A stretch of 64,000 bases of DNA. Origin: Eledone cirrhosa (lineage: Eukaryota). The notes beneath the pieces were generated by a model, which saw only the letters and a list, made by a program, of their open reading frames with translations, was not told the origin of the DNA and searched no databases. Below are positions 37,894-51,109 of the stretch, one piece after another. The stretch spans positions 35,464,001 through 35,528,000 of the forward strand of contig OZ024755.1 in the NCBI GenBank assembly GCA_964016885.1, read 5' to 3'. Every line of letters starts with the position of its first letter. Positions within the stretch are counted from its first letter, which is position 1. Both the position numbers and the translations under genes were made by a program.

Positions 37894-38751
37894 GTTTCTA
37901 CTATAGGCAGAAGGCCAGCAATTTGAAGGGGAGGGGAACGTTGATTAACTCGACCCCAGTGCGTGACTGGTACTTTATTTTATCGACCCCGTAAGGATGA
38001 AAGGCAAAGTTAACTTCGGCATGATTTGAACTCAGAACGTAAAGGGACGTAACTCTACGCCACGAAGCATTTGGTCCGACGCTCTACTGATTACTGCCTA
38101 TCAATCGCCTGAATAATAATAATAATAATTGTTTCTATTTTAGACACAAGGCCAGCAATTACCCCAGTGTATTACTGGTACTTTATTTTATCGACTCCCG
38201 TAAGGATGAAAGGCAAAGTTAACTTCGGCGAGATTTGAACTCAGAACGCAATGGGCCATAACTCTATGCTGCAAAGCATGGTGTCTGATGCTCTACCGAT
38301 ACTGCCACTCCATCACCCTAATAATAATAATAATAATAATAATTGTTTCTACTTTTGGCACAAGGCCAGAAATTACCCAGTGTATTACTGGTACTTTATT
38401 TTATCGATCCCGTAAGGATGAAAGGCAATAGGCACAAGGCCAGCAATTTTGGGGGGGGGAGAAGTCGATTAAATTGACCCCAGTGCGTGACAGGTACTTT
38501 ATTTTATCGACCCTGTAAGGATAATAATAATAATGGTTTCGTATATAGGCACAAGGCCAGCAATTTTGGGGGAGGGGAAGTCGATTAAAAATCAACCCCA
38601 GTATGTGACTGGTACTTTATTTTATCGAACCCGTAAGGATAATAATAATTGTTTCTACTTTTGGCACAAGGCCAACAATTACCCCAGTGCATTACTGGTA
38701 CTTTATTTTATTGACCCCGTAAGGATGAAAGGCAAAGTTAACCTCGGCGGG
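37890..38751 (-). mobile_element. Cluster of about six SINE A copies or fragments in tandem
   Basis: Successive (AAT)n-GTTTCTAC..GGCACAAGGCC units. Confidence 0.88.
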
Positions 38752-40556
38752 AAAGCCATGTTAGTACAGTACAAAACAGCAAGTAGGGTCACTGTAACCG
38801 AAACTTTACAACAACATAAAGAAATTGGTCAGTTGAACTATGATGATACATTGCTTCATAAGTCCTGACCACTTCACATTGTCTTTAATTTGACATCACT
38901 TGCAGACAAGAAGTGACATATGAAGGAATAATCTGATTCTAGCTGATCGGTTAGTTATATCTGGAAGGGCATCAAAAATACTTGTGATCTTGCAGACATA
39001 TATGAGAACACAAGTAGACTCTCATTGTCATTGCCATATAAGGAGGTGGTGTGGTTGGCGGGGGAAGGAATGTATATCATGCTATGTTATAAATAGTCTT
39101 TATAGTTCCATTGGATTATCATCCTTGAATTACGTATATGTCAAGAGTGAAGCAGATTCCCATGTTATGTGTTCTTAAGCCAAGTAGGATCTTGCTTAAT
39201 GCTTGTCAACTTGTAGTGAATTTATAATTTGTGATCCCTGAAACATGTAGATCTTATAATCTTGGCAAAGAAATCAGAAATCAAAAAAAAAAAAGACAGA
39301 ACTAACCAAAAGAAAAAAACAAATGACATTGCTTTGGAGTAAAACAATACCCTGTACGGTTTCTGTTTGACAAAGTTAGACAACTCCTTGTCATTCTTCA
39401 TCATCATCATCACCACCATTTAATGTTGTCTAACCCATGCTAACATGGGTTAGAGGAATTATCCCATTATGAGGCCAGCCAGGTCAGATCACCATGTCTT
39501 GCTCACACAGAACTGACTTTGGCTCAGTTTCTACGGCTGGATGTCTTTCCTAACACCTTGTCATCAGAATCAGAAATGTTGTCAACCAATGTTTGGTATG
39601 TTAGCTACAACCGACAATATTCTGTAATATACTATTTTCTAAATTAATCGAGGAAAATATTTTGACCTAATAGTGATGGCAGCAATTAACACATTACCAT
39701 TTAAATTACTCTATATATACTATTATATTTTTGTGGTAAAGGTTTTACCTCACATAAAAAGGGTCGATCGACTTTCGTCAAATCGGACCGAGGAAACAAT
39801 GTTTTCATCGGTCTTTTCAGTTGCTAGTACTATCTATCGCTTGCAACTCCAGGTAGAAGGAGCAACGTGAAATAAAGTGCCTTGCTCAAGGACATAACGT
39901 ATCGTCCGGTCCAGGAATCGAACTCACAACCTCAAGATTGTGAATCTAATTCTCTAACCACTCAGCCACACGCCTTCACATAATATCTCATAATTTCGAA
40001 TCTGAGATTTTGATATTATTTATTTTACGAACACTACCTTAACATCAGTATGAGCAGCTGGCTACAGCCGGTTTGAACAGAAAGAGGTGAGAGAACTCTG
40101 ACTGGATATTGCCAGTTTAAATGCTAAAAGGCTAAAGAAACCATCAGGTCATAGAAAGTTTATTGACCGAGTGTACGGCTCTTTCTTGTTGTTGTTAGAT
40201 ATAGAGGTATAAAACATTGTTATTATGTGAAAGTGCATGGCATAGTGGTAAGTGTGTTGGACTTACGATCACAATGTTGTGGGTTCAATTCCTGGACTGG
40301 GCTGTGTTGTGTTTTTGAGCAAAATACTTCATTTCACATTGCTTCAGGATACTCAGTTGAAAATGAGTACCAGCAGTAGCTAGGGATTTAACTCTGTGAT
40401 GGCCTGGCATCCTGTCCAGGTTAGAGTCTTGAACTCTCAGTCGCTTAATGCCATGGAAACCGGAATAAGCATTGACCTGATGAGTTTCTGAGTTCAAATA
40501 GAACATTATTACTTTAAACAAAATGGCGTAGGACAGAACAAAGGAAAGGAATCCCC

Positions 40557-40601
40557 AGTCACTGATGAGGTCACAGAGTGTGTGACGAAAGGACTATGAC
40601 T
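40557..40601 (+). ncRNA. Minimal hammerhead motif
   Basis: AGTCA CTGATGA G GTCACA GAGTG TGTGAC GAAA GGAC TA TGACT: perfect stem I (5 bp) and stem II (6 bp). Confidence 0.7.
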
Positions 40602-41913
40602 ATATATAAACAACTATCTGGTTGTGGAACCAACCAACCAACCAGAAATTTATAGATTTATAAATTTGAAAATTTATAAATATATAATAAATTGAAGTGA
40701 AAGCAACTGGTGCGTGTGTTTCTTATTGGCAACATGACCCTCCCAAAGTATAACAACATTATTACTTTAGTTATTGAAATAATTGTTTAGGCACGAAGCC
40801 AGCTATTTAAAGGGGAGGGGGGTCAATTAAATCGACCCGAATGCATTACTGGTGCTTTATTTTATCGACCCTGTAAAGATTAAAGGCAAAGTTAACCTCG
40901 GCGAGATTTGAACTCAGACCGTAAAGGGGCATAACTCTATGCTGCAAAGCATGGCGTCTGACCTTCTACTGATTCTGCCAATCCACCGCCCTACTGAAAT
41001 AATACCACATGATTGCTTTTACTTGCTTAACATAATTAACACCAAAACACCAGAGAATGGCTCTGGTTCTACGATACAAGATTGTTTATTTTAACATGTT
41101 TATATTTATAGAATAAGGATAAAGATCCTATAACTCCTTGTGGAGAAGTAGGGGCCCATTAAACTGCATGGCTAGGGGACTTTTAAACCTGGCAGAGCCC
41201 AACCCTCTCCAGGTCTGAACACAGCCGATTTTTTCTATGGAGGAAGTATCAAGCCCAGTTCTAGACTGGTACATTTTTTTATCAACCTCGAAAGGATGAA
41301 CTCTGAGATGGGATTTGAACTCTGAGTGCGCAAAGTGGTGGGACGAATACTGTAAAGCATTCTTTCCGACATCTTAACGACTCTGCCAATTTGCCGCCTT
41401 TTCTATTTATATATATATTCTAATAAATATAAAGCTTTTGTGGGGGGGAGGCGGGTGATTTAACTTTTTTGATACCAAAACTGCCAGCAACCACTGCTTC
41501 TATGATATTTTAATCTGTCTATATCTTATCTTAAAAAACCTTCCATCAATTTTATGTAAGAACATTTGTTAAGTTATGTTCCAAACATTAGATAAATACT
41601 GAGATAGTTATATTACTAAATCTCTCCAAATGCTTGATTATTTAGTAAATCATTTTGGCAAAGCTGGCCGTAAAATTGCTTGGTATGCAAATTAGGCTAA
41701 TCAGCCGATGTATACATTTGAGAATACTATGTATTCTCAGCAGTTCCAGTGAGTAGCAGTGATGAGAATACACAATCTCGAAAAGGAACAACAACTCCGA
41801 AACAATTGTCAATTGTTTTCTCTCTGCTACCACTGGAACAAAAGGACGACGTCGGTCATCTAACACATGGTGTTTATGAGGCTCTTTACTTGCAAACAAG
41901 CCGAATATTAATA

Positions 41914-42512
41914 GTTTCTACTTTAGGCACAAGGCCAGCAATTAACCAGTGCATTACTGGTACTTTATTTTATCGACCCCGTAAGGATGAAAGGCAAAGT
42001 CAACCTCGGCGGGATTTGCACTCAGATCGTAAAGGGACGTAACTATGCTGGAAAGCATGGCGTCCGACCCTCTACCGATACTGCCAATCCACCGAATATT
42101 AATAATATTATATTATTATATTATTAGAATTGGCAGTATCGGTAGAGGGTCGGACGCCATGCTTTGACGCATAGAGTTACGGTCCTTGCCATTCTGAGTT
42201 CAAATCCCGTTGAGCTTAACTTTGCCTTTCATCCTAACGTGGGTCGATAAAACATAGTACCAGTAATACACTGGGATAATTGCTGGCCTTGTGTCTATTG
42301 TAGAAACAATTATATTATTATTCATTCATGCAGGGGCGGTGGATTGGCAGTATCGGTAGAGAGTCGGACGCCATGCTTTCCAGCATAGAGTTACGTCCCT
42401 TTACGGTCTGAGTTCAAATCCCGCTGAGGTTCACTTTGCCTTTCATCCTTATGGAGTCGATAAAATAAAGTACCAGTAATTGCTGGCCTTGTGCCTAAAG
42501 TAGAAACAATTA
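41914..42512. mobile_element. SINE A copies: 41914-42094(-, TSD CCGAATATTAATA), 42128-42312(+), 42332-42512(+)
   Basis: Family consensus match; 13-bp direct repeat at 41901 and 42092. More copies at 40782-40992(-), 45946-46210(+), 50633-50823(-), 54793-54992(-), 62505-62697(+) and 62773-62957(+). Confidence 0.85.
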
Positions 42513-42594
42513 TTATTTATTCACGAATACATAGGCAGTGTTTTCATTAGAAATATGGTAATGAACGGTTTAAAGATTCAATATATGGATGTCT

Positions 42595-43020
42595 TCCTCT
42601 TCCAGTGTGTCCATGTAGGGGCTCCCAAAGGAGCACTGAGTGCAATGTCAACTCTGGATGTCGGTGAGCATGTCCAGCTAACCTCAGTCTCCTCTGTGTC
42701 ACTTTTGAGCTGACTTTTGGGATGCTCCCATACAGCTCTGAGTTTTTCATCCTCAGTGTATACTGATTAATGTTCAGAGCCATCCTCAGCATTCTCGTGT
42801 AGCACCCATCCACCATCTGAGTGAGTTTCTTGGTCAGTGTCCAAGTCTCAGACTTATACAGCAGCACAGACTCCACTACAGTTAACGTATGTTGATGCCC
42901 TAAGGACAGACACTGGTCTATTGGAGACGCAGGACATGGCAGCGATAATGAGGGACAGAGACCGCTGGAGAGAACTCGTCCATGGATCTCGGGAATTTTA
43001 CCCGCCTTAGAAAAAAAAAA
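42595..43020. mobile_element. RTE LINE insertion with a 5' inversion, poly(A) and a 12-bp TSD
   Basis: Minus part 42595-42881 encodes VESVLLYKSETWTLTKK...DGCYTRMLR...RLRLAGH...LLWEP..GRGR. Plus part 42882-43009 encodes LTYVDALRTDTGL...MRDRDRWRELV..* then A10. TSD ATATGGATGTCT at 42583 and 43021. Confidence 0.88.
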
Positions 43021-43060
43021 ATATGGATGTCTCTGAAATGTTTTGCCCAAATCATTGCTT

Positions 43061-43155
43061 CCAATACCACAGCTACTACCATAGCCAACACCACAGCTAC
43101 TACCATAGCCAACACCACAGCTACTACCATAGCCAACACCACAGCTACTACCACC
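43061..43155 (+). repeat. 24-bp minisatellite, about 4 copies
   Basis: Unit CAACACCACAGCTACTACCATAGC. Confidence 0.9.
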
Positions 43156-43679
43156 TATACACGCTATCTTTTAAATGCACCAATCAGTGTTCTAATGTTG
43201 CAGGAGTGTTGTTTACTTTCCATTAGAGAGTAGTAAATATAAATACAACTTGAGAGAGAGTGGGTGAAACCTTTGAAAAGCAGTAAAAGTTTCTTAAGGA
43301 ACTGCCTGATTTAAAATAAAATGTTCAGATGAACTAAGAAAACTGTCAGCAGTCAGAGAATTCTAAATCTTTCAAAGCAGCGAAGCAGGTAGAACACAGT
43401 TGACATTGAACATGAAATTACTGTAGAAGTCAGAGAATATTGTAACCAAAGTTTCAAGAAGATAATCTGGTTAGAGTGGTTTAAGATTTATAGAAGAAAT
43501 CAGAGAGATAAAATAAAATAGAATAAAATACATGACAATATAATTAGGAAGGAGTTAAATTGGAATGTCTCTGTTTGTATTTTTGTATTTTTCTGGTTAG
43601 ATATAGAAAGACAATTCTATAGTTAATCAAATACTAAGATTTGACTGACAGCTTCCTTTTCATGCAAGTGGCCATTGAG

Positions 43680-44372
43680 ACCTAAGGTCTTCTAGGTTTC
43701 CAAAATGCCGTTTTCCTCTGCAAAACTGGGAAGAGTGTATCCTGCCCGAGAAAGGACCCTTCTGAGGTGGAGGAACTAACACAGCGGATGTCACTGGATG
43801 CTCTTCACAGCAATAATGTCACCATTTAATCAGTGGAGTGTAGCTGAAATATACTACCTCGACAAGAATGTAGAGTTAGCCACCCCTCACTCCTAATATA
43901 ATCTAATCTGGCCGAGTTTACCCTCGCAAATAAGAAGAACCAGGGCCGCCCCTAGGAGCATTGGATTTGGTGTACTTCATATTTGTTTGGGTTCTGAATA
44001 CAATCAGGGGTCGCTGCTTCTCCTGAAGGTCAATAGTTCTCTTCTAGCTTGAGCGGGAGCGCCTTTCCATTGTCAATTTGCATTGATCATCTGCAAAGCC
44101 ACATTGTTCTCTGAACCACTACACCAGTCTTTTGATGTGTGAACCACTGCCACCCATTGATTTGGCAGGATTTTTTTTTTTTAGATGGCCGTTGACTCTT
44201 ATGAGTTCTTCTGCCCTTTGTCAGGTTTTGTCTTTTGTCCTGCAGGGTGTCCAAAATCACCCACCTTACCAAGTAAACTTGGTGGGGTTGCTGGTTTAGT
44301 CGCCGATGATCCAACCATGCGACAGGTTTCACTGGATTACATGCTACCAACCAGTAGCACTCAAGTGTGACC
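43680..44372 (-). mobile_element. LINE (RTE-like) 5' region relic
   Basis: Shares segments with 22655-22870 and is GC-richer than its flanks. Identity is inferred, not proven. Confidence 0.4.
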
Positions 44373-45245
44373 TCCTTTTTTTTTCTTATTGCAAACATTA
44401 TATAATTCAATTGAGTTTTGTTCAATAAAGTACCATTGTTTTGCATTCAACTGTTGTCATCATCATCACTATCATCATCATCACTATCATCACTATCATA
44501 ATCGTCATCATCATCAGCATTTTACGTCTATTTTTCCACACTAGCATGGGTTAGATGAGTTGGTAATGTGAGCAATGCCAGGTCAGGTGACCATGTCTTG
44601 CTCATACTGGAACTGAATCTGGCTTGATTTCTACAGCTGGATGCCCTTCCTAATGCCAACCTCATTTACAATAGAAACTAGAAATGATGGTCAATGTTAT
44701 GTAGGTACAAATTCTCACACTTTTTAATGAATATGTTTTTCTAGTGAAGAAAGATTAGTAGGGTTTGAGCTTCCAATAATTTGGAATACAACACCACCCG
44801 CTAACCATGAGCTATATTTCAAACATACAAGATTGAATGCCAAATTTAAATCTATAGCTAGGAAATCTACTTGTGAGATGCATTTAAAGTGAGTTTTTTG
44901 ACAAGCCATATGACCAGAGGTAAACATTAATGTTGTCTGTAGAGTTATTTTCCCTTCTAATGATGACCATACAGCTTTTATAAAGTGAATTAGGTAAAAG
45001 CAAGTATTCAGCTGCTAGACAGAGAAAACAACTTAAAAACTCAATAAAGATTTCATCAACATACATGGTTGGGAAAATTAGATTGTGAAATCATGGTCTT
45101 TCTAAAGTAAATTCACCAAGGTGTGCTTATTAATAGAGAAAGAAACAGAAAATATCTACAAATTTAGGAGTAAATGAAAAGAACAAGATGCCTGAATGCG
45201 ATATATGCAGAATATGGCTCCCATACAAGAATTGAACATTTAAAT

Positions 45246-45540
45246 CAGTCATGGGCAACCTGTGGCCCGCAAAGCTTTCTGAATATCTCGCCCAAGTCAC
45301 GTAAATGAAATCTTTCATGATTTTTTTTACCCAAACTTTTCAGTCTTAATTTATCTTTTTAGCATTTTTACAATCGAGGAAAACAACGTGTACGAATTCT
45401 GAAAAAAACAAATCAAAACAACCTGAGTTACTGCCCTTTTTATTAATGTGGGGCACGAATGTGAATTAGCGCTGGCAGTCCGCCTGATGATGAGCCATAT
45501 CTCATGCGGCCCCCTTCTCAAAAAAGGTTGCCCATGCCTG
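45246..45540. mobile_element. hAT (Charlie-like) MITE, 295 bp
   Basis: TIR CAG(T/G)CATGGGCAACCT, subterminal GGCCCGC/GCGGCCC, 8-bp TSD ATTTAAAT at 45238 and 45541. Confidence 0.88.
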
Positions 45541-46486
45541 ATTTAAATCCTAACCAATATATATATAACGTATCAACAAAAAAATATGTACTGTCCAGAT
45601 GACAGGTCAATAATAGACCACAGGTGAATGACATTTCACCTGCATATTTTGGGTGTATTTTAGATTTTATACCTCTTTATTTCTTTCTAGCACTCTACAT
45701 TAACTAGCCTCTTAATTTGCCTACTATTTGAATTCATTCATCCTTTCTTCTCTCTGCTTTTTTCTGTCTTTATTCAACCTATTACTCATAGAATCACCAT
45801 TACCCTCACCATCATCAACATCATCAACAACAATAAACATTCATTTCCCTACTAGCAAGGGGTTCTTTCTAATTTCATTTTACACTTCTCTCTGATAAAT
45901 ACTATATTTTTGTGGTGAGAAGTTGTATTATTACATCAAACAAAGATGGATTGGCAGTATCAGTAGAGCATCAGACTCCATGCTTTGCAGCATAGAGTTA
46001 CTGCCCTTTACGGTCTGAGTTAAAATTTCGATGAGGTTAACTTTGCCTTTCATTCTTACGGGGTCGATAAAATAAAGTACCAGTAATGCACTGGAATAAT
46101 TGCTGGCCTTGTGCCCAAAGTAGAAACAATTATTACGGGGACTATAAAATAAAGTACCAGTAATGCACTGGGGTAATTGCTGGCCTTGTGCCCAAAGTAG
46201 AAACAATTATTACATCAAACACATATTTTTTTTTTAAAGAATAAATCCTGTTCTTGTAGTATCATGAAATAATCTGTCCATAATGTGTTTCCAAATCTAA
46301 TAATACAGAGTCAGGAACAATGATTAAGTGGGGTCAAAGTTGCCTGGTGTTTGTATGTTTATTGAGTTATATACCAAGTAGGTTCAGCATGGTAGTGCAA
46401 TGCACTGAAACAACAGCCATCATAAGCAACACTTTCAATTTGGCAGCTTTACGGAAACTAATGCTTGGACCCCCCCCCCCCCCCCC

Positions 46487-47245
46487 AATGCACCCAGTCC
46501 ACACTGTAAAGTGGTCATGTAGGTGCGTCACAACAAAATGTATCCAGTCCACACTGTATAGTGGTTGTGTAGGTATCACGACAAAATGCACCCAGTCCAC
46601 ACTGTAAAGTGGTCATGTAGGTGTGTCACAACAAAATGCACCCAGTCCACACTGTAAAGTGGTCATGTAGGTGTCACAACAAAATGCACCCAGTCCACAC
46701 TGTAAAGTGGTCATGTAGGTGTGTCACAACAAAATACACCCAGTCCACACTGTAAAGTGGTCATGTAGGTGTCACAACAAAATGCATCCAGTCCACACTG
46801 TAAAGTGGTTGTGTAGGTATCACAACAAAAAGCACCCAGTACTCACTGTAAAGTGGTTGTGTAGGTGTCATGACAAAAAGCAGCCAGTCTACACTGTGAA
46901 GTGGTTGTGTCGGTGTCATAACAAAAAGCACCCAGTCTACACTGTATAGTAGATGTGTAGGTGTCATAGCAAAAGGCACCCAGTCCACACTGTATAGTGG
47001 TTGTGTAGGTGTCATGACAAAAGGCACCCAGTTCTCACTGTAAAGTGGTCGTGGAGGTGTCACAACAAAAAACACCCAACCTACATGTAAATGTGGTCAA
47101 CATTAGGAAGGGCATCCAGCCATAGAAACCAACCCAGAAACAGTCCTGTATGAGCAAGACACGGTTATCTGACCTGACTTGTTGCAAATGGGACAACTTG
47201 TTTAACCCATGCTAACATGGAAAATGGACATTTAAAGATGATGGG
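46487..47245 (+). repeat. 48-50-bp tandem array (about 12 units) inside a SINE-B-related element
   Basis: Same unit as 7530-7900, followed by the SINE B tail ending GGAAAATGGACATTTAAAGATGATG. Confidence 0.85.
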
Positions 47246-47249
47246 AGTA

Positions 47250-48960
47250 CAATTTTGGTGCAAGGGATTTACATAGAATATTTCAGAAAAACTGAGAAAC
47301 AGATGTCACATAAAACAACATCAGAACATGGCTAAAAGATATTGAGGGTGACTCTGGAAGATACTGAGGGTGACTCTGGAAGATACTGAGGGTGACTCTG
47401 GAAGATATTGAGAGTGACTCTGGAAACTGAGTGTTAACAGAAGATACTGAGGGTGACTCTGGAAGATACTGTGGGTGACTCTGGAAGATACTGAGGGTGA
47501 TTCTGAAAGATGGTGAGGGTGACTCTGGAAGATACTGAGGGTGACTCTGGAAGATACTGAGGGTGACTCTGGAAGATACTGAGGGTGACTCTGGAAGATA
47601 CTGAGGGTGACTCTGAAAGATACTGTGGGTGACTCTGGAAGATACTGAGGGTGACTCTGGAAGATACTGAGGGTGACTCTGAAAGATACTGAGGGTGACT
47701 CTGAAAGATACTGAGGGTGACTCTGAAAGATACTGAGGGTGACTCTGAAAGATACTGAGGGTGACTCTGAAAGATACTGAGGGTGACTCTGGAAAATGAG
47801 TGTTAACAGAAGATACTGAGGGTGACTCTGAAAGATACTGAGGGTGACTGAAAGATACTGAGGGTGATTCTGGAAGCTACTGAGGGTGACTCTGGAAAAT
47901 GAGTGTTAACAGAAGATACTGAGGGTGACTCTGGAAGATATTGAGGGTGGCTCTGGAAGATACTGAGGGTGACTCTGGAAGATACTGAGGGTGACTCTGG
48001 AAGATACTGAGGGTGACTCAGGCAGATACTGAGGGTGACTCTGGCAGATACTGAGGGTGACTCAGGCAGATACTGAGGGTGACTCTGGAAGATACTGAGG
48101 GTGAGTCTGGAAGATACTGAGGGTGACTCTGGAAACTGAGTGTTAACAGAAGATTCTGAGGGTGACTCTAGAAGATACTGAGGGTGACTCTAGAAGATAC
48201 TGAGGGTGACTCTAGAAGATACTGAGGGTGACTCTGGAAGATACTGAGGGTGACTCTGGAAACTGAGTGTTAACAGAAGATTCTGAGGGTGACTCTGGAA
48301 ACTGAGTGTTAACAGAAGATTCTGAAGGAGGGTGACTCTGGACAGTGAGTGTTAACAGAAGAAGAAATGTTGCATGAAATTCTTGTTGGTGACAGCAGAG
48401 ATGGTGAAGATGATGAAGACAGTGGAGAATTAATTACTAACCCTTTAGCATTTAAACCAGTCATATCCAGCCAGAATACTTTCACCTCTTTCTGTTCAAA
48501 CTGGCTGTAACCAGCTGTTCATCCCAATGTTAAGGTATTGTTATCAAAATAAATAATATCAAAATCTCACAGATTCGATATTATGTGAGATAAAGCCTTT
48601 ATCATGAAAATACAATAGTAAATATAGAGTAATGTAAATGGTAAAGGGTTAAGAAACCCACATTCTCTGTTAAATGAGAATCTCCCGATAAAGTCATTTC
48701 ATACATTGACTTCATCATCATCCTTATCATTTTACGTCCGCTTATCAGCAGAAACTGATATGCAACCATATTATCAATATCTTAGAGCCTTAAGGAAACT
48801 CATTAACTGGAATAAACATCTGCATAGCAAACTATTTAAATTTAACTAATCCCTCAAGTCAAAGCAGTGTATATGTGCAGTAGCTGTTAAGCCTGATGAA
48901 ATTGATAATCCACCTGCTGTTGACTCAACCTCTTCAAGCTTCTACTAGTGGGGACATGGA
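47250..48960 (+). pseudogene. Tigger/pogo-like transposase C-terminal relic, split by a minisatellite and a MITE
   Basis: Joined frame FGARDLHRIFQKN*ETDVT*NNIRTWLKDIEGDSGN*VLTEEEMLHEILVGDSRDGEDDED...KKPTFSVK*ESPDKVISYID...DMQPYYQYLRALRKLI resembles acidic Tigger/jerky C-termini. Confidence 0.6.
47335..48350 (+). repeat. 22-bp minisatellite, about 40 units, with interspersed longer variants
   Basis: Unit GAAGATACTGAGGGTGACTCTG; the variant adds GAAACTGAGTGTTAACA. Confidence 0.95.
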
Positions 48961-49034
48961 TCAATTAAGTTTCAGAGTTCTACTAACACAAAATAAATAT
49001 TTATTACTGTACTATCTTGGATGAATGATAGTTA

Positions 49035-50275
49035 TTAACACTTTAGCATTTAAACCGGCCAGAATTATCTCACCTCTTTCTGTTCAAACTGGTTATAACC
49101 AGCCACTTATACTGGTGTTAAGGTATTGTTCTCAAAATAAATAATATCAAAATCTCATAGATTCGATATTATGTGAGATAATTATATAAGATAAAGCCTT
49201 TACCATGAAAATATAATAGTAAATATAGAGTAATGTAAATGTTATGTGAGATAATTATATAAGATAAAGCCTTTACCATGAAAATATAATAGTAAATATA
49301 GAGTAATGTAAATGTTATGTGAGATAATTATATAAGATAAAGCCTTTACCATGAAAATATAATAGTAAATATAGAGTAATGTAAATGTTATGTGAGATAA
49401 TTATATAAGATAAAGCCTTTACCATGAAAATATAATAGTAAATATAGAGTAATGTAAATGTTATGTGAGATAATTATATAAGATAAAGCCTTTACCATGA
49501 AAATATAATAGTAAATATAGAGTAATGTAAATGTTATGTGAGATAATTATATAAGATAAAGCCTTTACCATGAAAATATAATAGTAAATATAGAGTAATG
49601 TAAATGTTATGTGAGATAATTATATAAGATAAAGCCTTTACCATGAAAATATAATAGTAAATATAGAGTAATGTAAATGTTATGTGAGATAATTATATAA
49701 GATAAAGCCTTTACCATGAAAATATAATAGTAAATATAGAGTAATGTAAATGTTATGTGAGATAATTATATAAGATAAAGCCTTTACCATGAAAATATAA
49801 TAGTAAATATAGAGTAATGTAAATGTTATGTGAGATAATTATATAAGATAAAGCCTTTACCATGAAAATATAATAGTAAATATAGAGTAATGTAAATGTT
49901 ATGTGAGATAATTATATAAGATAAAGCCTTTACCATGAAAATATAATAGTAAATATAGAGTAATGTAAATGTTATGTGAGATAATTATATAAGATAAAGC
50001 CTTTACCATGAAAATATAATAGTAAATATAGAGTAATGTAAATGTTATGTGAGATAATTATATAAGATAAAGCCTTTACCATGAAAATATAATAGTAAAT
50101 ATAGAGTAATGTAAATGTTATGTGAGATAATTATATAAGATAAAGCCTTTACCATGAAAATATAATAGTAAATATAGAGTAATGTAAATGTTATGTGAGA
50201 TAATTATATAAGATAAAGCCTTTACCATGAAAATATAATAGTAAATATAGAGTAATGTAAATGCTAAAGGGTTAA
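49035..50275. mobile_element. piggyBac-like MITE carrying 15 apparently identical 73-bp internal tandem units
   Basis: TTAA ends intact; unit TTATGTGAGATAATTATATAAGATAAAGCCTTTACCATGAAAATATAATAGTAAATATAGAGTAATGTAAATG from 49169. Confidence 0.92.
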
Positions 50276-51109
50276 TGGGATTTGGCATAATTAAAATGAA
50301 TGTCACTGAAATACATGTCCAAGATCTGAACCTGGATTAACAGATGTATTTTTAAACAAAAGAAATCAAATTGTACATTGTGATGGACTAATCTACACTC
50401 ATTGGTCACTATAAATGACTGACCCTGTCACCCACAACAAAGTTGTCGACAATAGGTTTCTCTTACATTAATTGATAACAATAGCACTACAAACAGTTTA
50501 AGTCTAAAGTCTGTCTTAACCCTTTAGCATTTAAACTGGCTGTATCCAGCCAGAATTCTCTCACCTCTTTCTGTGCAAACCATTCTATATTGCTACTCAT
50601 ACTGATGTTAAGGTATTGTTCTTAAAATAAATCATTGTTTCTACTTTTGGCACAAGGTCAGCAATTATCCCAGTGTATTACTGGTACTTTATTTTATCGA
50701 CCCCGTAAGGATGGAAAGCAAAGTTAACCTTGACAGGATTTGAACTCAGACCATAAAGGGCCGTAACTCAATGCTGCAAAGCATGGCGTCCGGCCCTCCA
50801 CCGATACTGCCAAGCCACCACCCTTCGCTGCCCATCCCTTATAAATAAATAATATCAAAATAAAATTAGAATTTTATTTCTCACCCTAGCACAGCTGATA
50901 CATAAATGTAAGTATGCACACATACACACACACACATATATATATATACATACATACACACACATATATACATATACATATGTATGTATGGGTTATATCG
51001 AACATCAATAATAATGTCCGATTCGTTTGTAAACAAACAAATCTGATTAGAAGCTGTGCCGTGCCAGTGACTGATCATCACTTGTTTGTTCAACACTGGC
51101 TTTGAGAAA

